A stretch of 59,424 bases of DNA from an uncultured Verrucomicrobiota bacterium (lineage in GTDB: Bacteria; Verrucomicrobiota; Verrucomicrobiia; Palsa-1439): the NCBI GenBank assembly GCA_964574605.1, contig CAZNOK010000002.1, forward strand, positions 1-59,424, read 5' to 3'. The notes under the pieces were generated by a model. That model did no database searches. It saw only the letters and a list, made by a program, of their open reading frames with translations, and had not been told where the DNA came from. The first letter of the stretch is position 1; each line of letters begins with the position of its first letter. Below are positions 1-8,403 of the stretch, piece after piece. Both the position numbers and the translations under genes were made by a program.

Positions 1-1
1 C

Positions 2-1129
2 GTCGGCAAAGGCCATTTCGGAGCGCGCCAGTTTGAAGGAGCTGATCCGAAGAATCTCGGGTTCGATGTCAATGTGGCTGGTTGTTCCATTGGCGCGCCG
101 GGCAGCTATTATGGCACACAGAATTTTACTCGTCCCAGAAATCCCAAAGCTAAAAAGCCCGACGCGGCCACCGTTAATGCCGTTCCCGGCTTGGAGAAAT
201 ACCACGGCAAAGACATCTTTCTGACCGAGGCGCTCACGCTGGAGGCCAATGCGCATGTCAGCGATGCCGTGAAGGCCGGCAAACCCTTCTTCCTTTATTT
301 CGCGCATTATGCGGTTCATGGACCGCACAATTCCGATCCGCGTTTTGCGGCGCACTACAAGGATTCCGGCAAACCTGAACAAGCACAGGCCTATGCCACG
401 CTGATCGAGGGCATGGACAAATCGCTCGGCGACCTGCTCAATCATCTCGACAAGCTCGGCGTCGCGGAAAACACCCTGATTTTCTTCCTGGGCGACAACG
501 GCACCGACGCGCCGCTCGGTAATCAGCACGAAGTTGCCTGCGCCGCCCCGTTGCGCGGCAAGAAAGGCGCCCACTACGAAGGCGGAATGCGAGTGCCGTT
601 CATCGCGACATGGGCAAAACCTGACAATTCTAACTCCCACCAGAAGCAATTGCCAATTCCCGCCGGTGCAATCCAAAGCCAGCAAGCTGCCGTGCAGGAT
701 TTGTTCCCGACGATTCTCGGCTTCACCGGCATGAAGACGCCGCGCAGCCATATCGTGGACGGCCTGAACCTTCGCACGTTGTTGACCGGCAAGCGCGACC
801 GTTCCCGAAAGGAACAGTTCCTCATGCATTATCCGCACGGACCGCATCGCAGCAGTTATTTTACCGTCTGGCGCGACGGCGACTGGAAAGTCATCTATCA
901 TGCGATACCCGACGCCCCCACCACTGGTGGGTTCGTCCAGTCAGACGGCAAGCATTACCAGCTTTTCAACCTCAAAGACGATCCGTTTGAGCAAAATGAC
1001 CTCGCCGCTTCCAAGCCCGATGAACTGCGACGGATGATGCGTGGCTTGATCACCGCCTTGGAGAAACACAACGCCCTCTATCCCGTGGACAAAGACGGCT
1101 CGACGCCGTTGAAACCGAAGTTGCCGTAG
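2..1129 (+). CDS. Sulfatase-family hydrolase, C-terminal part (5' end outside window)
   Basis: The reading frame is open from the window edge (VGKGHFGARQFEGADPKN...) into ORF 74..1129. Sulfatase-like segments are present: GKPFFLYFAHYAVHGPH, LIFFLGDNGTD, LRGKKGAHYEGGMRVPFI. Confidence 0.8.
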   Translation, partial: VGKGHFGARQFEGADPKNLGFDVNVAGCSIGAPGSYYGTQNFTRPRNPKAKKPDAATVNAVPGLEKYHGKDIFLTEALTLEANAHVSDAVKAGKPFFLYFAHYAVHGPHNSDPRFAAHYKDSGKPEQAQAYATLIEGMDKSLGDLLNHLDKLGVAENTLIFFLGDNGTDAPLGNQHEVACAAPLRGKKGAHYEGGMRVPFIATWAKPDNSNSHQKQLPIPAGAIQSQQAAVQDLFPTILGFTGMKTPRSHIVDGLNLRTLLTGKRDRSRKEQFLMHYPHGPHRSSYFTVWRDGDWKVIYHAIPDAPTTGGFVQSDGKHYQLFNLKDDPFEQNDLAASKPDELRRMMRGLITALEKHNALYPVDKDGSTPLKPKLP

Positions 1130-1219
1130 TTGACGCTCGCAGACAAAGATTTGCCGTTTGCGCGCAAGACGCAGGGCGAATCGCGTGAGAACTTCTTACA
1201 CGATGACGAAAGGAGCCAG

Positions 1220-2194
1220 ATGCATCCCCACATGACGAGGCGAGATTTTGTAAAGGAATCCATGTTGTTCACGGCAGGCGCAGCGTTGAGTTTGACGGGT
1301 CAAGCCTCAGCGGCAGACGCCAAACCCTCTGTCATCGTGAAGGAAACCATGCCGATGGGCAAGATCGGCAAGTTGTCCATCAGCCGAGTGATTCTCGGCG
1401 GCAACATCATGACGGCCTACTCGCACTCGCGCGGGTTGCGGTATGTGTCGGACTTGATGCGGCGGTATCACACGACGGAGAAGATCCTCGAAACGCTCCG
1501 TATCGCCGAGGAACATGGGATCAACACATTGGTCATCCCCGTCCGCCACATCAGCGATGCCCTGTTCCGCTACCGGCACGAAGTCGGCGGCAAGATGCAA
1601 TATCTTATTTATTCTTGCCCCAATCCGGCGGATCCCGAACATGAGTTGGACGGCTTCAAGGAGGCGATTGATAAGGGCGCCGACATGACCTACATCCACG
1701 GCGACCCCGGTTATCGGCTCATCAAGGCGGGCAAGGTGGACTCGTTCAAGCGGGCAGTGGAATACGCCAAGGACCATGAATTACCGGTGGGAGTCAGTGC
1801 GCATTACCTCGAAGTAATCGAGGCCTGCGAAAAAGCGAAACTGGAAGTGGATTTCTACGTGAAAACTTTTCACACTCACCAATATGGGAGCGCTCCGCGT
1901 GCAGGCGAGGCCGGCAGCCCCGGCAACGAGCGCAACGACGGCGCGTTCGACAACTCATGGTGTCGCGACCCGAAAGAAGTCGCCGACTACATGAAGAGCA
2001 TCAACAAACCGTGGATCGCCTTCAAAGTCATGGCTGCCGGCGCCATTCCGCCGCGTGCGGGGTTCACGCATGCCTTCTCCAACGGCGCGGATTTCGTGCT
2101 GGCCGGGATGTTCGACTGGCAAATCGCCGAAGATGTCGCGATTGCTAGGGAAGTGCTCGCCAACGTCAAGCGTCCCTATCCGTGGCGCGCATGA
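1220..2194 (+). CDS. Tat-signal periplasmic protein of unknown function (TIM-barrel-like guess)
   Basis: ATG at 1220 follows AGGAG at 1211-1215; an alternative ATG lies at 1232. Twin-arginine leader MTRRDFVKESMLFTAGAALSLTGQASA. I recognised no catalytic family. Confidence 0.55.
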   Translation: MHPHMTRRDFVKESMLFTAGAALSLTGQASAADAKPSVIVKETMPMGKIGKLSISRVILGGNIMTAYSHSRGLRYVSDLMRRYHTTEKILETLRIAEEHGINTLVIPVRHISDALFRYRHEVGGKMQYLIYSCPNPADPEHELDGFKEAIDKGADMTYIHGDPGYRLIKAGKVDSFKRAVEYAKDHELPVGVSAHYLEVIEACEKAKLEVDFYVKTFHTHQYGSAPRAGEAGSPGNERNDGAFDNSWCRDPKEVADYMKSINKPWIAFKVMAAGAIPPRAGFTHAFSNGADFVLAGMFDWQIAEDVAIAREVLANVKRPYPWRA

Positions 2195-2423
2195 AAACCA
2201 GCCTGAATCTGCTTTGCGCTGGTGTGCGTTTTGACGGCTGCCAGCGCCGAGTCCGACAAACTTCCGCCGCCTTCTTCCAAGCGGTTGTCGAGAACAGAAA
2301 CCCTGAGCCGGGCTTCGAGGAAGCTTTGGAAAACCAGAAAGGACTTGTAGCCGTCACCGACTCGATCGCACGCAATGGCTGGGTTGAAGTTGACTAACAA
2401 ACCTTCCCAACGAAAATGACATT

Positions 2424-3545
2424 ATGAATAACAACCACCTCACCACCCGTCGCGAGTTCGTCAAGACCGCCTCGGTGGCCCTTCTCGGCGCGTCGTTCGC
2501 TTCTTTGCGACTGCCGCGCGCCGAAGCGACGCCGTTGGACACATCGAAAATCAAGAACTACAGCCCGGACATGGAATACCGACGTTGCGGGAAGACCGGC
2601 TGGATGGTCTCTGCGGTCTGCATGGGCGGGCACTGGAAACGGATCAACCAGATCATCGGTGGCGCACCGATTGACGCGTATTCCGGCGATGTGTTTCGTC
2701 CAGATTTCACGCAAAACCGGTACGACGTGGTCACTCGGTTGATTGACCGCGGCATCAATTACATTGACGGGTGCAGCACGGATGAAGTTCACGCCTACGC
2801 CAACGCGCTCAAAGGCCGTCGCGATCAAATGTATTTGGGCTGCTCCTGGTATGAACGCGAGGCGCGTTTCCCGCAGTTCCGCACGGCAAAGGCGCTGCTG
2901 GACACGCTCGATGACGGCTTGAAACGATGCGGGCTGGAGTATGCGGACTTGTGGCGGATCATTTGTCTGACCGACGGTCGCAAGGATGCCGATGGCAAAT
3001 ATATCTTTCCGCACACCGAGACCGAGTCGGAGGAAATCGCCAAGGCCTTGGAGCAGGCCAAGCAGGCCGGCAAGATCCGGGCGGGCGGCGTCTCTTCCCA
3101 TGACCGTCCCTGGCTCGAATACATGATCACCACGTTCCCCAACCAGATTGAGGTCATCGTGGCGCCTTACACGACCAATACACGGGTCGTTCCCAAAAGC
3201 AGCTTCTTCGACGCCATTGTGAAGCACGATTGCGGTTGGTTCGGCATCAAGCCATTCTCCAGTAACGCCATCTTCAAGGGCGACGGTTCCCCGGACAGCC
3301 CACATGCGAACGAGGACAATCGAACGGCCCGCCTGGCGATTCGCCATGTTCTTTGCAATCCTGCCATAACGGCTCCGATCGCCGGGCTGGCAAGCGTGCA
3401 GCAGGTGGACAATGTGGCTCTGGCCGTGGCCGAGCGCCGCAAGCTGGACGGCGACGAACGGGCGGAACTCAAAGAAGCCAGTCTCTATGCGGCAGCCAAC
3501 CTGCCGAGCGACTACCAATGGTTGAAGAATTGGGACTACGTCTGA
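2424..3545 (+). CDS. Aldo/keto-reductase-family oxidoreductase with Tat signal
   Basis: Twin-arginine leader TTRREFVKTASVALLGASFASLRLPRAEA. The body is AKR-like (CMGGHW..., IDRGINYIDG, GKIRAGGVSSH). Confidence 0.7.
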   Translation: MNNNHLTTRREFVKTASVALLGASFASLRLPRAEATPLDTSKIKNYSPDMEYRRCGKTGWMVSAVCMGGHWKRINQIIGGAPIDAYSGDVFRPDFTQNRYDVVTRLIDRGINYIDGCSTDEVHAYANALKGRRDQMYLGCSWYEREARFPQFRTAKALLDTLDDGLKRCGLEYADLWRIICLTDGRKDADGKYIFPHTETESEEIAKALEQAKQAGKIRAGGVSSHDRPWLEYMITTFPNQIEVIVAPYTTNTRVVPKSSFFDAIVKHDCGWFGIKPFSSNAIFKGDGSPDSPHANEDNRTARLAIRHVLCNPAITAPIAGLASVQQVDNVALAVAERRKLDGDERAELKEASLYAAANLPSDYQWLKNWDYV

Positions 3546-3560
3546 CAAGTGCGTGTGATA

Positions 3561-5525
3561 ATGCAAACATCTCTATTGGTAGTGACATTCGCGCTGGCCG
3601 CTCTGCTCGGCGGGCCGGGCGTTTCTCAGGTGGCGGCCAGATCCTCCAACCTGCCGCCATTGATCGTGACCGATGACGCGCCTCGATTGAAAGGACCGCC
3701 CGCGACAGCCAGCGCGAAATCCAAGGACAAGAAATCTGCGGCGGACAACTCGTCCTGTTACATCTGCCACGTCAACCTCTTGGAGGATTCGTTTGCTCTG
3801 CGACACGAGGAGGCCGGCGTTGGCTGCGTGAACTGCCATGGGGATTCGCCTGCGCACGTCGCTGACGAGGCCAATCTCATTCCACCGGAAGTGATGTTCC
3901 CTTCGGATACCATCACGGCCGCCTGTGCCAAGTGCCACTCGACGCACAATGCCCCGGCAACCTCTGTGATTGCCCGGTGGAAAGAACGTTGTGCCGCTAG
4001 CGCCCAATCAGCACTCTGCACCGACTGTCACGGGAAGCATCGCTTCGCCAAGCGCACCATCGTCTGGGACAAGAAGACCGTCAAACTGCTCTCGGCGAGT
4101 GCTCGCGACGGGGCAACCGCCGGGGGTTCCGTTGCAGCGGCCTTCGGCAAGGCGTTGCGCGGCGGCAAGCAGGTGGCTAGTCGCGCCGAGTTCCGGCAGC
4201 GCCCGCTCACCGTCGAGTGCTGGGCCAGATTGAACAGCACGAAATCGTTCAACATCCTCGTCGCCAGCGATACCAAGGCGTCGGCGGAACATTGGGAACT
4301 GTATTCGTTTGTCGGCAGCGGCGTGTTGAGCCTGTATCAGCCGGGACGCGGCGGCAATGTCAGCGCGGACGTGAACATCTGCGACCGCAAGTGGCACTAT
4401 CTGGCGGCGATCATCGAGCCGGAACGTGTGCGGTTGTTCGCGGACGGCAAACTCGTGAAGGACGCGCCGGCCACACCGCTTGCCGGCGAGCCGAAGCCCG
4501 GCGATCTGGCGTTCGGCCAACTCGTCGAAGGCGGCATCGGCTGCGATGGCGCGGTGGACAACGTCCGTATCTCGGCCGGCGTGCGGGACATCAGCGCCAT
4601 GCCCGCCGGGCCGCTGACAAAAGACGCGACCACGCTCGGCTTGTGGGATTTTGATGACAAGCCGGCTGCAAGCGGCAAAGCTCCCGCCGCCACCGGATTG
4701 TTCGCCCGCGCCAACCTGACCGCGTGGTGCATCGTGCCGTTCGATGCGAAAAAGCGCGGCCCGGAAGAGCGGGCGCAAATGCTCGAAACACTCGGTTTCA
4801 AGAAATTTGCTTACGACTGGCGTCCGGAACATGTGTCGACGTTTGAGGCCGAGATTCTGGCGACGAAGAAACACGGCGTCGAGTTCACGGCGTTTTGGGG
4901 GATGAGCGAACCGATGTTCAAGCTTTTCGAGAAATACAATCTGAAGCCCCAGATATGGGTTATGCTGCCCCAGACGAATATGACGCAGGAGGCGCACGTG
5001 CAATTCGCAGTGCAGTGCATGTTGCCGGTGGTGGAGCGGACGAAACAACTCGGCTGCTCGCTTGCCTTCTACAACCACGGTGGCTGGGGCGGCGAACCGG
5101 AGAACCTGATCGCGGTGGTGAAACTGCTCCGCGAGCAACACGGCGCATCGCACGTCGGCATCGTCTATAATCTCCATCACGGTCACGATCATCTCGACCG
5201 GTTTCCGGCTGCGCTCGTCGCGATGAAGCCCTACCTGCTCTGCCTCAACCTCAACGGCATGACCAAGGACGGCGACAAGCACGGCATGAAAATCCTCCCG
5301 CTCGGCCAAGGCGATCTCGATTTGCAGTTACTGAAGACCATCCGCGACAGCGGTTATCGTGGTCCTATCGGCATCCTCAACCACACTGGCGAGGACGCCG
5401 AAGTGCGTCTCAAAGACAACCTCGATGGCCTCGACTGGCTGGTGGCGCAACTCGACGGCAAACCCGCCGGTCCGAAACCGCAGCCCCGTTCGTGGCGTCC
5501 GCCGTTGCCACCACAACCGAACTGA
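3561..5525 (+). CDS. Secreted fusion: tetrahaem cytochrome c + LamG (concanavalin-like) + xylose-isomerase-like TIM barrel
   Basis: Signal peptide MQTSLLVVTFALAALLGGPGVSQVAA (a GTG at 3549 is also possible). Four CXXCH motifs (CYICH, CVNCH, CAKCH, CTDCH) lie between nt 3756 and 4032. A LamG-like block follows (LTVECWARLNS...WHYLAAIIEPERVRLFADGKL...VDNVRISAG). The C-terminus resembles a sugar-phosphate isomerase/epimerase-type TIM barrel (GVEFTAFWG..., AFYNHGGWGGEPENL, IVYNLHHGHDHL). Confidence 0.75.
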   Translation: MQTSLLVVTFALAALLGGPGVSQVAARSSNLPPLIVTDDAPRLKGPPATASAKSKDKKSAADNSSCYICHVNLLEDSFALRHEEAGVGCVNCHGDSPAHVADEANLIPPEVMFPSDTITAACAKCHSTHNAPATSVIARWKERCAASAQSALCTDCHGKHRFAKRTIVWDKKTVKLLSASARDGATAGGSVAAAFGKALRGGKQVASRAEFRQRPLTVECWARLNSTKSFNILVASDTKASAEHWELYSFVGSGVLSLYQPGRGGNVSADVNICDRKWHYLAAIIEPERVRLFADGKLVKDAPATPLAGEPKPGDLAFGQLVEGGIGCDGAVDNVRISAGVRDISAMPAGPLTKDATTLGLWDFDDKPAASGKAPAATGLFARANLTAWCIVPFDAKKRGPEERAQMLETLGFKKFAYDWRPEHVSTFEAEILATKKHGVEFTAFWGMSEPMFKLFEKYNLKPQIWVMLPQTNMTQEAHVQFAVQCMLPVVERTKQLGCSLAFYNHGGWGGEPENLIAVVKLLREQHGASHVGIVYNLHHGHDHLDRFPAALVAMKPYLLCLNLNGMTKDGDKHGMKILPLGQGDLDLQLLKTIRDSGYRGPIGILNHTGEDAEVRLKDNLDGLDWLVAQLDGKPAGPKPQPRSWRPPLPPQPN

Positions 5526-5569
5526 CAGAGTCTTGCCAACCGCGTCACGGTTGGTAAACTGCCGGGCGC

Positions 5570-6334
5570 ATGAGTCGCGCCCCGTCATCGTCCATTGAAA
5601 CTGTTGCGCAGTCGCTCCAACTCGCGGAGTTGTTCGAGCCGCTGGAGGACGTACAGTTCTGGATCAAGGGTCGCGAAGGACGCTACTGCCGGATCAACCG
5701 CGCCTTTCTGTTGAACTACGCGCTCAGCGAACCGAGCCAAGTCATTGGCAGAACCGATTACGATCTTTCGCCGGCGTTTCTCGCCGACCAATTCCGCTTC
5801 GACGACGAACAGGTCCTCAACGGCCAGCGCGTCATCAACCGTATCGAACGCGTCGGCCAAGCCGGCCAGACCGCCTCGTGGAACGTGACCAACAAAATTC
5901 CCATCCGTGACGCGCACGGCCGCATCATCGGCACGGCGGGCACGACGCGACGGCTCGGCCCCGAGGCGCGGGAATTGGTTGGCGCGAGTGGGTTCGAAGC
6001 GGTGGTCGCGCACATCCTCGACCACTACTGCGGCCACATCTCCAACCGCCAACTGGCCGCGCTGGCGCACATGTCGGTCCGGGCATTCGAGCGGAAGTTC
6101 CACGACAACTTCCACGTCACACCCCAGCAATACATCCGCAAGCTGCGCGTGCGGATCGCCTGCCGCGCGTTGGTCTATACGGAGAAACCGCTGGCCGAAG
6201 TTGCGCTGGAGTGCGGCTTTGCCGACCAAAGCCATTTCGCGCGCGAGTTTCGTCACCAAACCCACCAGACGCCGCGCGAGTATCGCGAGCATTACCGGCA
6301 ACCAAGAAACCACACTCACCACACTACAAAATGA
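5570..6334 (+). CDS. AraC-family transcriptional regulator with N-terminal PAS-like sensor
   Basis: C-terminal AraC helix-turn-helix (FHVTPQQYIRKLRVRIACRALVYTEKPLAEVALECGFADQSHFAREFRHQTHQTPREYR). The N-terminus is PAS-like (VQFWIKGREGRYCRINRAFL...). Confidence 0.85.
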   Translation: MSRAPSSSIETVAQSLQLAELFEPLEDVQFWIKGREGRYCRINRAFLLNYALSEPSQVIGRTDYDLSPAFLADQFRFDDEQVLNGQRVINRIERVGQAGQTASWNVTNKIPIRDAHGRIIGTAGTTRRLGPEARELVGASGFEAVVAHILDHYCGHISNRQLAALAHMSVRAFERKFHDNFHVTPQQYIRKLRVRIACRALVYTEKPLAEVALECGFADQSHFAREFRHQTHQTPREYREHYRQPRNHTHHTTK

Positions 6335-8403
6335 AAACGACAAAACTCATCATTCTCACCACTCTGTGGCTCACCCCACTGACCGCGTTGCACGCCGCCG
6401 ACTTCAAGGCGGGCACCGCCATCATTGACATCACGCCGACGAATCTGCCGGTGCTCGTCAACGGCGGCATGCTCAGCCGTTCCGTGGACAAAATCAAGAC
6501 GCGCATCCACGCGCGCGCCATCGCGCTGGCCGACGGCAAGGAACAAATCGCCATCGTCGTCGCCGACAGTTGCATGATGGGACGCTCGTTGCTCGATGAA
6601 GCGAAAGAACTGGCGTCCAAGCGCACGGGCATCCCGACGAACCGCATGTTGATCTCCGCGACACACGCGCACAGCGTTCCCTCCTCGATGGGTTGCCTCG
6701 GCACCGATCCCGACCCTGCGTATGTGCCATTCCTCCGCAACAAACTCGTCGAAGCCATCGTAGCCGCTCAAGCTGCACTGGAACCAGCACGCGTCGGTTT
6801 CGCCACGGGCAACGCGGCGGAGTTCACCGCGCTCCGCCAGTGGATTCGACGCCCCGACCGTATCGCTATGGACCCGTTCAGCAACATGACAGTCCGCGCC
6901 AACATGCACGCGGGTCGGAACTGGGACGACGTGACCGGCGAAGCGGGGCCGGAAGACCCCGATCTCTCACTCATCTCGATCCAGACGCGCAACGGTCGCC
7001 CGCTCGCGGCACTGGCGAATTTCTCGATGCACTATTTCGGCGACAAAGACATCAGCGCGGATTATTACGGCTTGTTCTGCGAAGGGTTGAAACAGCGTAT
7101 TGCGCCCGAAAGCAAGTTTGTCGGCATCATGTCGCATGGTTGCAGCGGCGACATCTGGCGCCGCGACTACACTCGGCCGGAAAGCTGGAATGGCAAACTG
7201 ACGATTGACGAATACGCGAAGGGGTTGGTTGACATCGCGATGACCGCCTATCGAGGCATCCGTTACCGCGACGACGTTGACCTTGCGATGGCTGAGCGCC
7301 GGATGACCTTGAACTATCGTGTGCCCGACACGCAGCGTCTCGAATGGGCGCAACGCATCGTTGCCGCGATGGGTGACCGCCCGCCGAAGACGACCACGGA
7401 AGTCTATGCGCGCGAGCAAATCATCCTGCACGAGCGCCAGAAGACCGAGACTGTGACGCAGGCGTTGCGCATCGGCGACATCGGCATCGCCACCACATCG
7501 TGCGAGACCTACGCCATCACCGCCCTGAAAATCAAAGCCGCAAGTCCCCTGCCCCACAACATGGTCATCGAACTCGCCAATGGGGGCGACGGCTACATCC
7601 CGCCGCCGGAGCAGCACCTTTTCGGCGGCTACAACACATGGCCCGCGCGCTCTGCCGGTCTCGAAGTCATGGCCGAACCGAAAATCGTCGAGGCCGCCAT
7701 CGGCCTGCTGGAGAAAATCACCGGCAAACCGCGTCGCGAGTGGAAGCTCCCCGATGGCCCGGCTGCGCGCGCTATCCTCGCAGCCAAGCCGTTCGCTTAT
7801 TGGCGCTTGAACGAGTTCACCGGCCCGCACGCCGCCGACGCCACCGGCTACGGTCGCGATGCCGTCTATGAACCCGAGATCACCTACTACCTCGCAGGCC
7901 CGGGTCAACTCAATCGCGCCCCGCACTTCGTCGGCGGCCGGCTCCGCGCCCGACTTGACGATCTCGGCGACCGTTACTCCATCTCAATGTGGCTCTGGAA
8001 CGGGATGCCGAACGACGGACGTGACATCAGTGGCTGGCTTTTCTCCCACGACCACAACCTCGGCCTCAGCCCGCACGGCGATCACCTAGGCATTGGAGGC
8101 AAAAGCGGCAACACCGGCAAACTCATCTTCCTGCACGGCGACAGCGTTGCTGCCGGGAAGACTGTCATTCCTCGTTGGCAGTGGCAGCACGTCGTCCTCG
8201 TGAGTGACGGCCAAACTGTGCGTGTCTATCTCAACGGCCAGCTTGAAATCGAAATGAAGACTGCTGCGTCTGCAAGTGTTGGCGAATGTTTCTTCGGTGG
8301 TCGCAGCGACAACGATTCCAACTGGGAAGGTCGTCTCGACGACATCGCCGTCTTCGACCGCGCTCTCAGTGCACGCGATGTAACACGGTTGGTAATAAGA
8401 TGA
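6331..8403 (+). CDS. Secreted neutral-ceramidase-like hydrolase with C-terminal LamG domain
   Basis: ATG 6331 overlaps the AraC stop (ATGA). Signal peptide MKTTKLIILTTLWLTPLTALHA. Ceramidase-like N-terminus (AIIDITPTN...RIHARAIALADG...ISATHAHSVPS). LamG-like C-terminus (ISMWLWNG...WQHVVLVSDGQTVRVYLNGQL...GRLDDIAVFDRALSARDV). Confidence 0.55.
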   Translation: MKTTKLIILTTLWLTPLTALHAADFKAGTAIIDITPTNLPVLVNGGMLSRSVDKIKTRIHARAIALADGKEQIAIVVADSCMMGRSLLDEAKELASKRTGIPTNRMLISATHAHSVPSSMGCLGTDPDPAYVPFLRNKLVEAIVAAQAALEPARVGFATGNAAEFTALRQWIRRPDRIAMDPFSNMTVRANMHAGRNWDDVTGEAGPEDPDLSLISIQTRNGRPLAALANFSMHYFGDKDISADYYGLFCEGLKQRIAPESKFVGIMSHGCSGDIWRRDYTRPESWNGKLTIDEYAKGLVDIAMTAYRGIRYRDDVDLAMAERRMTLNYRVPDTQRLEWAQRIVAAMGDRPPKTTTEVYAREQIILHERQKTETVTQALRIGDIGIATTSCETYAITALKIKAASPLPHNMVIELANGGDGYIPPPEQHLFGGYNTWPARSAGLEVMAEPKIVEAAIGLLEKITGKPRREWKLPDGPAARAILAAKPFAYWRLNEFTGPHAADATGYGRDAVYEPEITYYLAGPGQLNRAPHFVGGRLRARLDDLGDRYSISMWLWNGMPNDGRDISGWLFSHDHNLGLSPHGDHLGIGGKSGNTGKLIFLHGDSVAAGKTVIPRWQWQHVVLVSDGQTVRVYLNGQLEIEMKTAASASVGECFFGGRSDNDSNWEGRLDDIAVFDRALSARDVTRLVIR

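Noticed and set aside
2191-2397. A 68-aa ORF (MKTSLNLLCAGVRFDGCQRR...) whose ATG overlaps the upstream stop (ATGA), in the 230-nt gap before the aldo/keto reductase. A shifted frame reads like a signal peptide (..CVLTAASAES..).
   Set aside because: It is too short and has no motif. The signal-peptide-like reading needs a frameshift. It may be a decayed remnant or a small protein, but I cannot support either from sequence alone.
2394-3566. Long antisense or overlapping ORFs opposite convincing genes. Examples are 2394..3566(-), 4008..5309(-), 6967..7926(-), 11589..12830(-), 14498..15250(+), 22659..23426(-), 24172..25503(-), 26556..27830(-), 31435..32565(-), 35237..36241(-), 40475..41395(+), 41707..42837(+), 43398..44312(+), 47414..48292(+), 51889..53256(-) and 57692..58834(+).
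   Set aside because: Their translations are Arg/Ala/Gly/His-rich with no recognisable motifs, which is typical of stop-poor alternative frames in GC-rich DNA. In every case the opposite or overlapping frame encodes a protein with clear family signatures.
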